Assembly: GCA_963702425.1 (NCBI GenBank)
Contig: CAVPCQ010000037.1
Location: 288,001 to 352,000 of the forward strand
DNA: 64,000 nucleotides
Direction: 5' to 3'
Source: an uncultured Acidobacteriota bacterium
GTDB taxonomy: Bacteria > Acidobacteriota > Polarisedimenticolia > J045
The notes under the pieces are model-generated. The model made no database searches and was not told the origin of the DNA. It saw only the letters and a list, made by a program, of their open reading frames with translations. Shown here one piece after another: positions 1 through 8,708 of this stretch. Position numbers and translations under genes: made by a program. Within the stretch, counting starts at the first letter, position 1. Each line of letters begins with the position of its first letter.

Positions 1-2
1 AG

Positions 3-881
3 CCGGTGCTGGTCGCCAGCACCGACGGCGTCGGAACCAAGCTGATGGTGGCCTGGAAGGCGAATCGGCACGACACCGTCGGCGAGGACCTCGTCAATCA
101 CTGCGTCAACGACATCCTGGTGATGGGGGCGCGGCCGCTCTTCTTCCTCGACTACCTCGCCACCGGGAGGCTCGACCCCGCGGTCGCGGAGCGGCTGGTC
201 GCCGGCGTCGCGCGCGGCTGCCGCGCCAACGGCTGCGCGCTGATCGGCGGCGAGACCGCCGAGATGCCCGAGATGTACGGGGAGGGGGAGTACGACCTCG
301 CCGGGACGATCGTCGGGATCGTCGCGCGCGGGGCGATCCTCGACGGATCGCGCGTGCGGGTCGGAGACCGGGCCTACGGGCTGGCGTCGAGCGGCCTGCA
401 CACGAACGGCTACTCGCTGGCGCGCCGGATCGTCTTCGGCGTCCTGGGTCTCGGGCCCGGGGACGAGATTCCGGGGACCGGGGCGAGCGCCGCCGACGCA
501 ATGCTCGCGGTCCACCGGAGCTACCTCGCCGTGCTGGACGAGCCGCTGCAGAAGGGGCTGATCCGCGCGCTTGCACACATCACCGGCGGAGGGCTGACCG
601 ACAACGTGCCGCGCGTGCTGCCGGAAGGAACGGCGCTCGAGGTGCGGCTCGGCTCCTGGCCGATCCCGCCGCTCTTCGCCGTTCTCCGCGAAGCCGGCCG
701 GGTCCCGCCCGACGACATGCTGCGGACCTTCAACATGGGGGTCGGAATGGTTGCGTTGGTCGCTCCGGCCGATGCGGCGGCGTTCGAAGCGCACCTCGCG
801 CAGTTCGGCGAGCCGGCGCGCGTGATCGGCGAGGTGATTCCGGGAGCTCGCCGAGTGGTCTACGAGGGGGACCTGCCATGA
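3..881 (+). CDS. purM: Phosphoribosylformylglycinamidine cyclo-ligase (AIR synthase), 5'-truncated by window edge
   Basis: Motifs STDGVGTK, PLFFLDY, GGETAEMP, SSGLHTNGYSL, HITGGG and RTFNMGVG; ATGA overlap with purN. Confidence 0.97.
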   Translation, partial: PVLVASTDGVGTKLMVAWKANRHDTVGEDLVNHCVNDILVMGARPLFFLDYLATGRLDPAVAERLVAGVARGCRANGCALIGGETAEMPEMYGEGEYDLAGTIVGIVARGAILDGSRVRVGDRAYGLASSGLHTNGYSLARRIVFGVLGLGPGDEIPGTGASAADAMLAVHRSYLAVLDEPLQKGLIRALAHITGGGLTDNVPRVLPEGTALEVRLGSWPIPPLFAVLREAGRVPPDDMLRTFNMGVGMVALVAPADAAAFEAHLAQFGEPARVIGEVIPGARRVVYEGDLP

Positions 882-1552
882 AGCGCGTCGGGATCCTGAT
901 CTCCGGACGCGGCTCGAACATGGTCGCGCTGCTCGAGGGGATGCGGGCGGGGGAGATTCCCGCCGAGGCCGCGCTGGTGGTCTCGAACGATCCCGCGGCG
1001 GGGGGCCTGGCCAAGGCCCGCGCCTACGGCGTCGCGACCGCGGTCGTGCCGCAGGCGGAGTACAAGGGAAAGGGGCGCCAGGCCCACGACGAGGCGGTGG
1101 CGGCCGAGCTGGACCGCCACGGGGTCGAGATCGTCTGTCTCGCCGGCTACATGCGGATCCTCTCGCCCTGGTTCGTCGCGCGCTACGCCGGGCGCTTGCT
1201 CAACATCCACCCCGCCCTGTTGCCGGCCTTCCCGGGGTTGCACGGAGCGAAGCAGGCGCTCGACCACGGCGCGCGCGTCGCCGGCTGCACGGTCCACTTC
1301 GTGGACGCGGAGGTCGACCACGGGCCGACCGTCGCCCAGGCCGCCGTGCCGGTGCAGCCGGGGGACACGGAAGAAACGCTGGCCGCGCGGATCCTCGAGC
1401 AGGAGCACCGGATCTACCCGCTCGCGCTGCGGCTGCTCGCCGAGGGGCGACTGTCGATCGAAGGGCGGCGCGTCGTCGTGGCCGGCGAGGAGCCGGGCTT
1501 CCCGCTGGCGGTGATCAGCCCCGATCCGGGATCGCCGATCCCGTCGTTCTGA
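878..1552 (+). CDS. purN: Phosphoribosylglycinamide formyltransferase
   Basis: ISGRGSNM, LAGYMRIL, NIHPALLP, GCTVHFV..DHGP; follows purM. Confidence 0.97.
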   Translation: MKRVGILISGRGSNMVALLEGMRAGEIPAEAALVVSNDPAAGGLAKARAYGVATAVVPQAEYKGKGRQAHDEAVAAELDRHGVEIVCLAGYMRILSPWFVARYAGRLLNIHPALLPAFPGLHGAKQALDHGARVAGCTVHFVDAEVDHGPTVAQAAVPVQPGDTEETLAARILEQEHRIYPLALRLLAEGRLSIEGRRVVVAGEEPGFPLAVISPDPGSPIPSF

Positions 1553-1556
1553 TCCG

Positions 1557-2732
1557 ATGGACGTCGACCTCAAGCGGCGCGCCTGGCGGGCGATCGTCCT
1601 GTTCGGCATCGTCAGCCTGTTCGCCGACATCACCTACGAGGGGGCACGCAGCATCAGCGGGCCGTTCCTCGAGAGCCTCGGCGCGAGCGCCGCGATCGTC
1701 GGCATCGTGGCCGGGGCGGGGGAGCTGGTGGCCTACGGGCTACGGCTCGTGTCGGGCCTGCTCGCCGACAGCTCGCGGCGCTACTGGACGCTGACCTTCC
1801 TCGGTTACGCGATCAACCTGCTCGCGGTCCCGCTGCTGGCGCTCGCGGGGTCGTGGCCGGCGGCGGCAGCGCTGCTGCTCGTCGAGCGCTTCGGGAAGGC
1901 GCTGCGCAACCCGTCACGCGACGCGATCATGGCCGGGGCGGCGCTCACGGTCGGGAGCGGGCGCGGTTTCGGCCTGCACGAGGCGCTCGACCAGATCGGG
2001 GCGGTCACCGGACCGCTCGTCGTCACCCTGGCGATGGCGCTCGGCGGCGGCTACCGGACGGGCTTCGCCGTGCTGCTCGTCCCCGCCCTGCTCGCCCTGT
2101 CGACCCTTTCGCTGGCGCGCCTCGAAACGAGCGGATTCGTCCCGAGTTCGAAGGTACCGCACGACGCCGCCCGCGATCCGCTGCCGCGGGCCTATTGGTT
2201 CTACCTCGCCGCGGCGGCGCTGCTCGCGGCCGGGCTCGCTGACTTCCCGCTCGTCGCGTTCCGCCTGGCCGATGCCAAGGTCGCGGAAGGGGCTCTGATC
2301 CCGATCCTCTACGCCGGCGCGATGGCGGCCGACGCGTTCTCGGCGCTGGCTTTCGGCTGGCTCTTCGACCGCTTCGGCTTCGTGGTGCTCGCGCTGGCCG
2401 CGCTGCTCGCCGTGCCGGCGACGGCGCTGGCCTTTCTCGGCGGGCTGCCCGCGGTGGTGGCGGGGGTGCTGCTCTGGGGCGCCGCGCTCGGGGCGCACGA
2501 ATCGGTCGTGCGGGCCGGCGTCGCGCAGCTCGCTCCCGCGGGGCGGCGCGGCACGGCGTTCGGGCTGTTCTACGCCGCGTACGGCGGCGGGTGGTTCGTC
2601 GGGAGTGCCGCGATGGGGCTGGCCTACGAGGTCTCGCCACGGCTGCTGGTCGCACTCTCGGCGGCCTGCTCGCTGGCGGCGCTCGTGCCGATCCTGGCGC
2701 TGCGAATGCGCCGCTTCGCCGGACCGGCCTAG
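1557..2732 (+). CDS. MFS transporter
   Basis: 391 aa with about 12 hydrophobic segments; VSLFADITYE, ERFGKALRNPSRD, FGLHEALDQIGAVTGP. Confidence 0.88.
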   Translation: MDVDLKRRAWRAIVLFGIVSLFADITYEGARSISGPFLESLGASAAIVGIVAGAGELVAYGLRLVSGLLADSSRRYWTLTFLGYAINLLAVPLLALAGSWPAAAALLLVERFGKALRNPSRDAIMAGAALTVGSGRGFGLHEALDQIGAVTGPLVVTLAMALGGGYRTGFAVLLVPALLALSTLSLARLETSGFVPSSKVPHDAARDPLPRAYWFYLAAAALLAAGLADFPLVAFRLADAKVAEGALIPILYAGAMAADAFSALAFGWLFDRFGFVVLALAALLAVPATALAFLGGLPAVVAGVLLWGAALGAHESVVRAGVAQLAPAGRRGTAFGLFYAAYGGGWFVGSAAMGLAYEVSPRLLVALSAACSLAALVPILALRMRRFAGPA

Positions 2733-3241
2733 CCGGGCGGTTCCGCCAGTTCGCGGAGTCCTGCATCGAGCAGCACGGGGTCGCCCTGCAGCCAGTAGAC
2801 CCGCGTGCCCGCCGCCCAGAGGGCGTGGTGGCCGCCCGGGCCGCTGGTCAGCCAGGTTCCCGGCCGGCCCGGCAGCTCGACGGGCGGCGAGAACGGGGAC
2901 GTTCCCGCTGCGAGGCGTTCCAGCATCGCGCGAAAGGCGCCGATCGCGAGGCCGGCATCGGCGAAGCGGGAAGCGAACAGGATCAGCCGCCCGTCGGCAT
3001 AGCCCGCGACCGCGGACTCCAGCGGGGCGACCTCGCGGCCGTGCAGGTGCGCGATCGCGCGGCGCGCTGCGTCGCCCTCGTCGAGGCCGGTCCGCGGCAG
3101 GCCCGCGAGCTGCGGCGGGGTCAGGGCCGGGGGCGCCGCCTGACATCCGAGCGCAGCGACGAGGGCGAAGGCCGCGAAGAGGGGAGCGCAGGCCGGTCGC
3201 CCGCCCCGGTTCCACCGCATCCGCCTTGCGGGACGGCACAT
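2729..3241 (-). CDS. Hypothetical lipoprotein (start uncertain, 3241 or 3220)
   Basis: Hydrophobic leader ending in lipobox-like ALGC; normal globular composition afterwards; stop overlaps the convergent MFS stop. Confidence 0.6.
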   Translation of the reverse strand: MCRPARRMRWNRGGRPACAPLFAAFALVAALGCQAAPPALTPPQLAGLPRTGLDEGDAARRAIAHLHGREVAPLESAVAGYADGRLILFASRFADAGLAIGAFRAMLERLAAGTSPFSPPVELPGRPGTWLTSGPGGHHALWAAGTRVYWLQGDPVLLDAGLRELAEPPG

Positions 3242-3447
3242 CGCTCCTCGCTCCCTCGTCGACGGATCACGAGGTACCGGCCGCACCGGTCAAGGCGCGT
3301 GCGCAGCTCGCGGCGCGCGCACGCGCCGCCGCCCCGTCCAACGCCCCGTCCGCCGGCGGACGACCGTCCGGCATCGCCGTCCGCCGCCGGTCACTCGCGG
3401 GCCGCAGTCTACCGGGAGCGGGGCCTCCCGGCGGCACGCCGCTTGCC

Positions 3448-4194
3448 ATGTCGGGGCGGGAGGAGCGCTTGGCGGACCGCGACGGGTGCGTGGAGGATCG
3501 CGACGCCCCGGGGGCGGTGCGCGAACGGCTGGTCCGCCAGGGGCCTGGCGCGCTGCGTGACGAGGAACTCGTCGCGCTGCTGCTGGCCGGGAGTCGCGCC
3601 CCCGCGGCCGGGGATGTCGCGCGTGCGGCGGGGTGCCTGGCCGCTGCCGGTGGGCTGGTCGCGCTCGCGGAGCTGCTGCGGCGGCCGGCCGGGGCGGCGC
3701 GGGCCGCGCTACCGTTGCGCCGCGCCGCACGCGTCCGGCTGCTCGCCTCCTTCGAACTGGGACGCCGCGCTGCCCCCGCGCCGGCCGCGCTCGCGCCGGC
3801 CATCCGGCGCCCGGAAGAGGCCGCGCGCGAAACGCGCGACCTGGTCAGCGAGCGGCGTGAACACCTCGTGGGGCTCTACCTCGACGCCCAGTCGCGCCTG
3901 ATCGCTCGCGAGACGGTCGCGGTCGGCTCGCTGAACGTGGCCCGCGCGCTGCCGCGCGATCTGCTCGAGCCGGCACTGCGCCATGGTGCGACCGGCTTCG
4001 TCGTCGTCCACAACCACCCGTCCGGCGTGGCCGAGCCGTCCGAGGACGACATCCGCTTCACCCAGGCGGTCGGCCGGGGGGCCGCGCTGCTGGGGCTCGC
4101 ACTGCTCGATCACGTCGTCGTCGCTCGCGCCGGGTTCGCCTCGCTCCGCGCGCGGGGCGCTCGCTGGGAGGGGCTCGACCCGCCTGGCGGGTGA
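3448..4194 (+). CDS. radC: RadC/JAB (UPF0758) family protein
   Basis: RERLVRQGPGALRDEELVALLL at the N-terminus; JAB motif HNHPSG..PSEDD..LLDHVVV; ATG at 3448 inside the 2605..4194 ORF. Confidence 0.85.
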   Translation: MSGREERLADRDGCVEDRDAPGAVRERLVRQGPGALRDEELVALLLAGSRAPAAGDVARAAGCLAAAGGLVALAELLRRPAGAARAALPLRRAARVRLLASFELGRRAAPAPAALAPAIRRPEEAARETRDLVSERREHLVGLYLDAQSRLIARETVAVGSLNVARALPRDLLEPALRHGATGFVVVHNHPSGVAEPSEDDIRFTQAVGRGAALLGLALLDHVVVARAGFASLRARGARWEGLDPPGG

Positions 4195-4263
4195 GTGCCG
4201 GGGGCGGGGCGGCACCCGGGCCAGCCTCGGTTAGAGTAGTCCGCTCGCGGCGGAGACCCCCTG

Positions 4264-6057
4264 ATGCGGACGGCGAAGGCAGCGCTCGTGTTCGCGGCCG
4301 CCATTCTGGCGTCCTCCGCGGCCCACGCCGCGGACGGGCACGCCGGTACCCCTGGCCTGGTCGAGGCGATCGGCCTCGCGATCGTCGCCGCCGCCGCGCT
4401 GGCGATCGTGTTCCACCGGCTGAAGCAGCCGGCGCTGCTCGCGTTCATTGCCGCCGGGCTGGCCCTCGGCCTGTTCGCGGACGAATTCGCGGGCGCCATC
4501 CCGGCGATGAGTCAGGTCTCGCACCTCGGCCTCGTGTTCCTGCTGTTCATCATCGGGATCGAGATGGACATCTCCGGGATCCTGCGGCTCGGCCCGCGGG
4601 CGGCGGTCGCGATCCTGCTGCAGGCGCCGGTCTCGATCGCCGCCGTGCTCGGGCTCCAGGCGCTGGCGCACCGCCTCGGGGTCCGGATCCCGGGTCTCGG
4701 CGACGCCCCGGAGACCTGGATCTACTTCGCGGTCGCGGCTTCCCTCGGGTCGACCGCCGTCGTCGTCAAGCTGCTCGCCGACAAGTTCGACCTCTCCACC
4801 CAGGCCGGGCGGGTGACGGTGCTGACGCTGATCGGCCAGGACGTCTGGGCGGTCCTGGCGCTGTCGTGGGTGTCCGCGCAACGCGACGGGACGTTGGGAC
4901 AGGGCGGGGTCGCGACCCTGCTCGGCGGCGCGGTGCTGCTGGGCGTCGGCTGCTTCGCGCTCAGCCACTTCGTCCTCTCGCGCCTGCTCGCGCGCCTGGC
5001 CTCCGCGCCCGAGTTGACGGCGGTCGTCGCCCTGGGCTGGTGCTTCCTCTGGGCCGGCGCGTTCCGGCGCGTCGGCCTCTCGCCCGAGATGGGCGCGCTG
5101 GTCGCCGGGCTCACCATCGGGCGACTCCCGCAGCGGACCGAGATCCAGGCCAAGGTATCGAGCCTCAGGGACTTCTTCATGGCGCTCTTCTTCGTCGCGC
5201 TGGGGATGAGCCTGCCCGCGCCGAGCGGCAGCGTGCTGCTCTCGGCCGCCGCGCTGGTCGCGATCGTCGTGGTGTCGCGCTTCGTGCTCTTCGCCCCCAC
5301 GCTGCTGGCCGCGGGGCTGGGCCCGATCGTCTCGTTCGCGGCCCCGGTCAACATCGCGCAGATCAGCGAATTCTCGTTGCTCATGGTGCCGATCGGGGTG
5401 GCCCAGGGCGTGCTCGGCAGCAACGACGCCTCGGTCGTGTCGTATGCGCTGATGCTCTCGGTCGTGCTGACGACCTACGCGATCCCGGCGAACTACCGGA
5501 TCGCCGCCGCGCTGGGACGGCTTGCCGGCGCCGCGCCGGCCGCTACCGGCGGTTCGGCCATGGGTTCACCGGGCGGCGCCCCCGGCGACGGCGCGGCGGG
5601 CGGGCACGTCGCTCCCGAGATCGTCTTTCTCGGCTACTTCCAGAACGCGGAGGCGCTGGCCCGCTCGCTGGCGCGCGAAGCTCCCGAACTCCTCCCGCGG
5701 ATCCTCGTGATCGACTACAACCTCCGCAACCACGACCGCGTCCGCCGGCTGGGGATGCGGGTCGCCTACGGCGACGTCGCCAACCCGGAGTCGCTCCGGC
5801 ACCACGGCGTCGGCGAGGCCCGGGTCGTGGTCTCGACGATCGCCGACGTGTTCCTGCGGGGGATCACCAACGCCGCGCTCCTGGAACAGGCCCGCGCGAT
5901 CAACCCCCGGGCGCGGTTCGTGGCCACCGCCTCGAGCGACGAGGAGGCCAGGGACCTGGTCGCGCGCGGCGCCTACGCCTGCATCACGCCCCCGTCCGAG
6001 GCGGCGGACGCCTACGTCCGAGCGATCTGCGACGCGTTCCGGGAGCCGGGCCCGTAG
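4264..6057 (+). CDS. CPA2/Kef-type cation:proton antiporter with C-terminal TrkA-N (RCK) domain
   Basis: LGLVFLLFIIGIE, STAVVVKLL, LIGQD, LRDFFMALFFV, QISEFS; C-terminal VIDYN..YGDV. Confidence 0.9.
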   Translation: MRTAKAALVFAAAILASSAAHAADGHAGTPGLVEAIGLAIVAAAALAIVFHRLKQPALLAFIAAGLALGLFADEFAGAIPAMSQVSHLGLVFLLFIIGIEMDISGILRLGPRAAVAILLQAPVSIAAVLGLQALAHRLGVRIPGLGDAPETWIYFAVAASLGSTAVVVKLLADKFDLSTQAGRVTVLTLIGQDVWAVLALSWVSAQRDGTLGQGGVATLLGGAVLLGVGCFALSHFVLSRLLARLASAPELTAVVALGWCFLWAGAFRRVGLSPEMGALVAGLTIGRLPQRTEIQAKVSSLRDFFMALFFVALGMSLPAPSGSVLLSAAALVAIVVVSRFVLFAPTLLAAGLGPIVSFAAPVNIAQISEFSLLMVPIGVAQGVLGSNDASVVSYALMLSVVLTTYAIPANYRIAAALGRLAGAAPAATGGSAMGSPGGAPGDGAAGGHVAPEIVFLGYFQNAEALARSLAREAPELLPRILVIDYNLRNHDRVRRLGMRVAYGDVANPESLRHHGVGEARVVVSTIADVFLRGITNAALLEQARAINPRARFVATASSDEEARDLVARGAYACITPPSEAADAYVRAICDAFREPGP

Positions 6058-6068
6058 CCGCCGCCCGG

Positions 6069-6854
6069 TCAGCCGAGCAGCCTCAGCGCCTCCTGCGCCT
6101 CGCGGCGGACGATGTAGGCGAGATCCCATTCGTACTGCTCGCCGTGCCCCAGCATCGCGTGAGCCGCCTGCCGGGTGGACTCGACCTGGGCGGGCGAGAG
6201 GTAGCCGGCGGCCCCCATCTTGCCGAGGCTGCGGATCGTCTTGGCGCGCACGACCGGCTGCGCGTCGGACAGGCAGCGGGCGAGGGCATCGAACAGCTCC
6301 GTCCGGCGACGCTCGGAGAGCAGCGAGGCCGGCACCACCTCGACGATCCGGCCGAGCGTCCGCGCGGCGCTGTCGCGGACCTCGCGGTCGGGGTGCATCA
6401 GGCAGCCGGCCACCTCCGGCAGCGCGGCGTTGACTTCGGGGTCCCGGATCTTCCCCAGCGCGAACAGCCCGAAGCTGCGGCAGTACGGGTCGTCCTCCGT
6501 GGCGACGAACTTCCGGAGCGGCTCGATCGCCGGCGTTCCGATCCGGCCGAGCGCGCGCGCGAGGTGGAAGTGGCTCTTGATGTCGCTTCCTTTCATGAAG
6601 CCGAGCAGCTGCGGGATCACCCGCGGTCCGCAGTGCACGAGCGTCGTCTCGGCCCGCGCGAGCAGCGGCTCCAGGTCCGGACGGTCGAAGGTGTCGACGA
6701 AGAACAGCCCGCAGAGCGCTTCCACGGACGCCCGGAAGGCAGCGTCCGGCAGCCCCACGAGGTGCCGGCCGAGCCATTCGACGGCGCGCCCGAGCCGCGC
6801 CGGGTCGGTGCTCGCCAGGTCCTCGAGGGCCGCCTCCACCTTCGTCTCGTTCAT
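6069..6854 (-). CDS. HEAT-repeat protein
   Basis: Repeated helical units ARALGRIG, LFALGKI, VRDSAARTLGRI, VRAKTIRSLGKM; GGAGG RBS upstream. Confidence 0.8.
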   Translation of the reverse strand: MNETKVEAALEDLASTDPARLGRAVEWLGRHLVGLPDAAFRASVEALCGLFFVDTFDRPDLEPLLARAETTLVHCGPRVIPQLLGFMKGSDIKSHFHLARALGRIGTPAIEPLRKFVATEDDPYCRSFGLFALGKIRDPEVNAALPEVAGCLMHPDREVRDSAARTLGRIVEVVPASLLSERRRTELFDALARCLSDAQPVVRAKTIRSLGKMGAAGYLSPAQVESTRQAAHAMLGHGEQYEWDLAYIVRREAQEALRLLG

Positions 6855-6894
6855 CGTGCCTCCCTGACCGGCGCCGCTGCGCGCCGCGGCCCGC

Positions 6895-8625
6895 TCAGTC
6901 GCTGCGTCGCGCCAGCCGCGGCGCGACGATCAAGGCTCCCCCGAAGAGCGCGAACGAGAGGACGAGCGCCGCCGGGCTTCCGGCGCGCAGGTCCTCGAAC
7001 AGCAGCTTCAGCGCCCCCGCGACGAGCAGCGGGTAGACCAGCCACGTCGCCTCGCGCAGCCGCCCGACGCGGCCGAGCAGCGGCAGGACGATCGCCGAGA
7101 TCGACAGGAGGGCCGTCCGCAGGACCGCGAGAGCCGGCGCCGAGACCTGCCCGTCCGCACCCCGCGGCAGCCCGCGCATCGCCAGCGCCACCGCGACCTC
7201 GTCGAGGCCGAGCAGCAGTACGACCATGCCGACCACCTTCGCGCCGCGCGCGAGCGAGCCCCAGGTCCGCCCGTGCGAGGCCACGGGGAGCCAGCAGAAG
7301 ACCGCGGCGGCGGCCAGGACCACCGGCATCGCGGGGGGGATCGTCGAGGGGTCCGGCCCCCCCGGCCGGAGCATCGCAGCCCACGCCAGGCCTCCGACCC
7401 CGACTGCCGCGGCGGCGCCGACGAGGTAGATCGCCGCGTGCAGGCTCAGCGTCTCCCGCTCACGCCGGCTGCCGATCCAGGCGGTCGCCAGCGTCGCGCC
7501 GGCCAGCGCGATCGCCAGCGCCGAGCCGTGCCAGAGCGAGTACGCGCCGAGCAGCGTGAGGGCGAGGGCCGCGGTGCTGTAGAAGACGAAGCTGAGCCGG
7601 CGTCCCTCGATCCGGTCGATGAAGGTGAACGACGCGCCGTACGCGGCGGCCGCGAGGAGGAGCCCGACGAGACCGGTGAGCAGCGCGGCCGTACCGGCGC
7701 GGTGGGAGACGGCGAGCGCCCCGCCGAACCCGACCAGGCAGGCCGCGGCACCCTGCGCGATCTCGGCCGGGAGGACCGCCCGGCCGGTGCGCCACGTCCG
7801 CGCGATGAAACCGGCGAAGGAGACCGTCACCAGCGCCAGGAGCAGGGCGACGAGGGTCGCCGGTTCGACGAGCTGCGCCGCCTGCTCGGACGGGGCGACG
7901 AGCGCCACCGCCGTCATCAGCAACAGGAGTCCGTCGAGCAGCGCGACGACCGTCCAGCCCGGGCCCTTCCAAGGGCGCCGCCACCCGGCGCCGAACGCGG
8001 CCAGCGCGAGCAGGAACAGCACGACCGCGAACAGCGTGACGGCCCGGGTCGTCACCGCGAGGGTCAGCGCCGTGGCCGCGGTCCCGAGCGTGACGATCCA
8101 CGCCAGGTCCGCGCGGTCGCGCCGGTGCGCGACCGCGAGCCCGAGTGCGCCGACCGCAAGCAGCGCCGCCGCACTCGCCGCAGGGGTGAGGATCTGGAAC
8201 TTGATGGTCGCCTCGACCAGCAGCGGGAAGATGATGACCGCCGCGGTGAGGCCGTGGAAGGTCGCGCCGAGCGCCGCGCCGGAGCCGGCCGCGCGGTCGG
8301 CGAAGATCAGCCACGCGGCGCCGTACGCGACGCCGAGCGCCGCGCCCAGCGGCTGGGGCAGGCCGCCGGACTCGGTCAGTGAACGCAGCACGAACGCGCC
8401 GGCGAGGATCAGGAGCGATCGTCCGGCCAGGGCGAGCGCGCTTCCGGCGAGCCCGGTGGCCGCCGGTTCGACCGGCGCATCGGGAAGGGCCTCGACCGGT
8501 GACGACGTTTCCGAAGGCGCCGCCGGGCCGAGCCCCTCGAGCGATGCGAGGCGTCGCTCGAGCGCGTCGAGGCGCGACGACAGCCCTTCGAGCCGTGTCT
8601 CGAGGCTGGACGGCTCCCGCTGCAT
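6895..8625 (-). CDS. Multi-pass membrane protein, DUF2339-like
   Basis: N-terminal coiled coil (LETRLEGLSSRLDALERRLASLE) followed by many TM segments; C-terminal KLLFEDL. Confidence 0.7.
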   Translation of the reverse strand: MQREPSSLETRLEGLSSRLDALERRLASLEGLGPAAPSETSSPVEALPDAPVEPAATGLAGSALALAGRSLLILAGAFVLRSLTESGGLPQPLGAALGVAYGAAWLIFADRAAGSGAALGATFHGLTAAVIIFPLLVEATIKFQILTPAASAAALLAVGALGLAVAHRRDRADLAWIVTLGTAATALTLAVTTRAVTLFAVVLFLLALAAFGAGWRRPWKGPGWTVVALLDGLLLLMTAVALVAPSEQAAQLVEPATLVALLLALVTVSFAGFIARTWRTGRAVLPAEIAQGAAACLVGFGGALAVSHRAGTAALLTGLVGLLLAAAAYGASFTFIDRIEGRRLSFVFYSTAALALTLLGAYSLWHGSALAIALAGATLATAWIGSRRERETLSLHAAIYLVGAAAAVGVGGLAWAAMLRPGGPDPSTIPPAMPVVLAAAAVFCWLPVASHGRTWGSLARGAKVVGMVVLLLGLDEVAVALAMRGLPRGADGQVSAPALAVLRTALLSISAIVLPLLGRVGRLREATWLVYPLLVAGALKLLFEDLRAGSPAALVLSFALFGGALIVAPRLARRSD

Positions 8626-8673
8626 CCGGCATCCCTCCGCGCCGCGAGATCATAGCCGATCGCCTCGAGCCGC

Positions 8674-8708
8674 GTGCGGTGCGGTGCAGTGCAGTGCAGT
8701 GCAGTGCT
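8674..8708. repeat. Pentanucleotide tandem repeat (GTGCG)2(GTGCA)4GTGCT
   Basis: Read directly; intergenic between the sulfatase stop and the -10-like TATGAT (minus strand, 8649-8654) of the membrane protein gene. Confidence 0.9.

Noticed and set aside
3294-3327. Inverted repeat GGCGCGTGCGC..GCGCACGCGCC as ncRNA or terminator
   Set aside because: No T-tract, no second copy, and such stems are expected by chance at this GC content.
3448-4194. radC as a marker of a mobile or anti-restriction element
   Set aside because: It is the long chromosomal form with the N-terminal RERL domain, and no integrase or flanking repeats were seen.
4191-7559. 1122-aa ORF and many other long overlapping ORFs (e.g. 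24011..26401, 34450..37101, 40153..42768, 50167..52635)
   Set aside because: Shadow frames of real genes; stop codons are rare at this GC content and the translations show no motifs.
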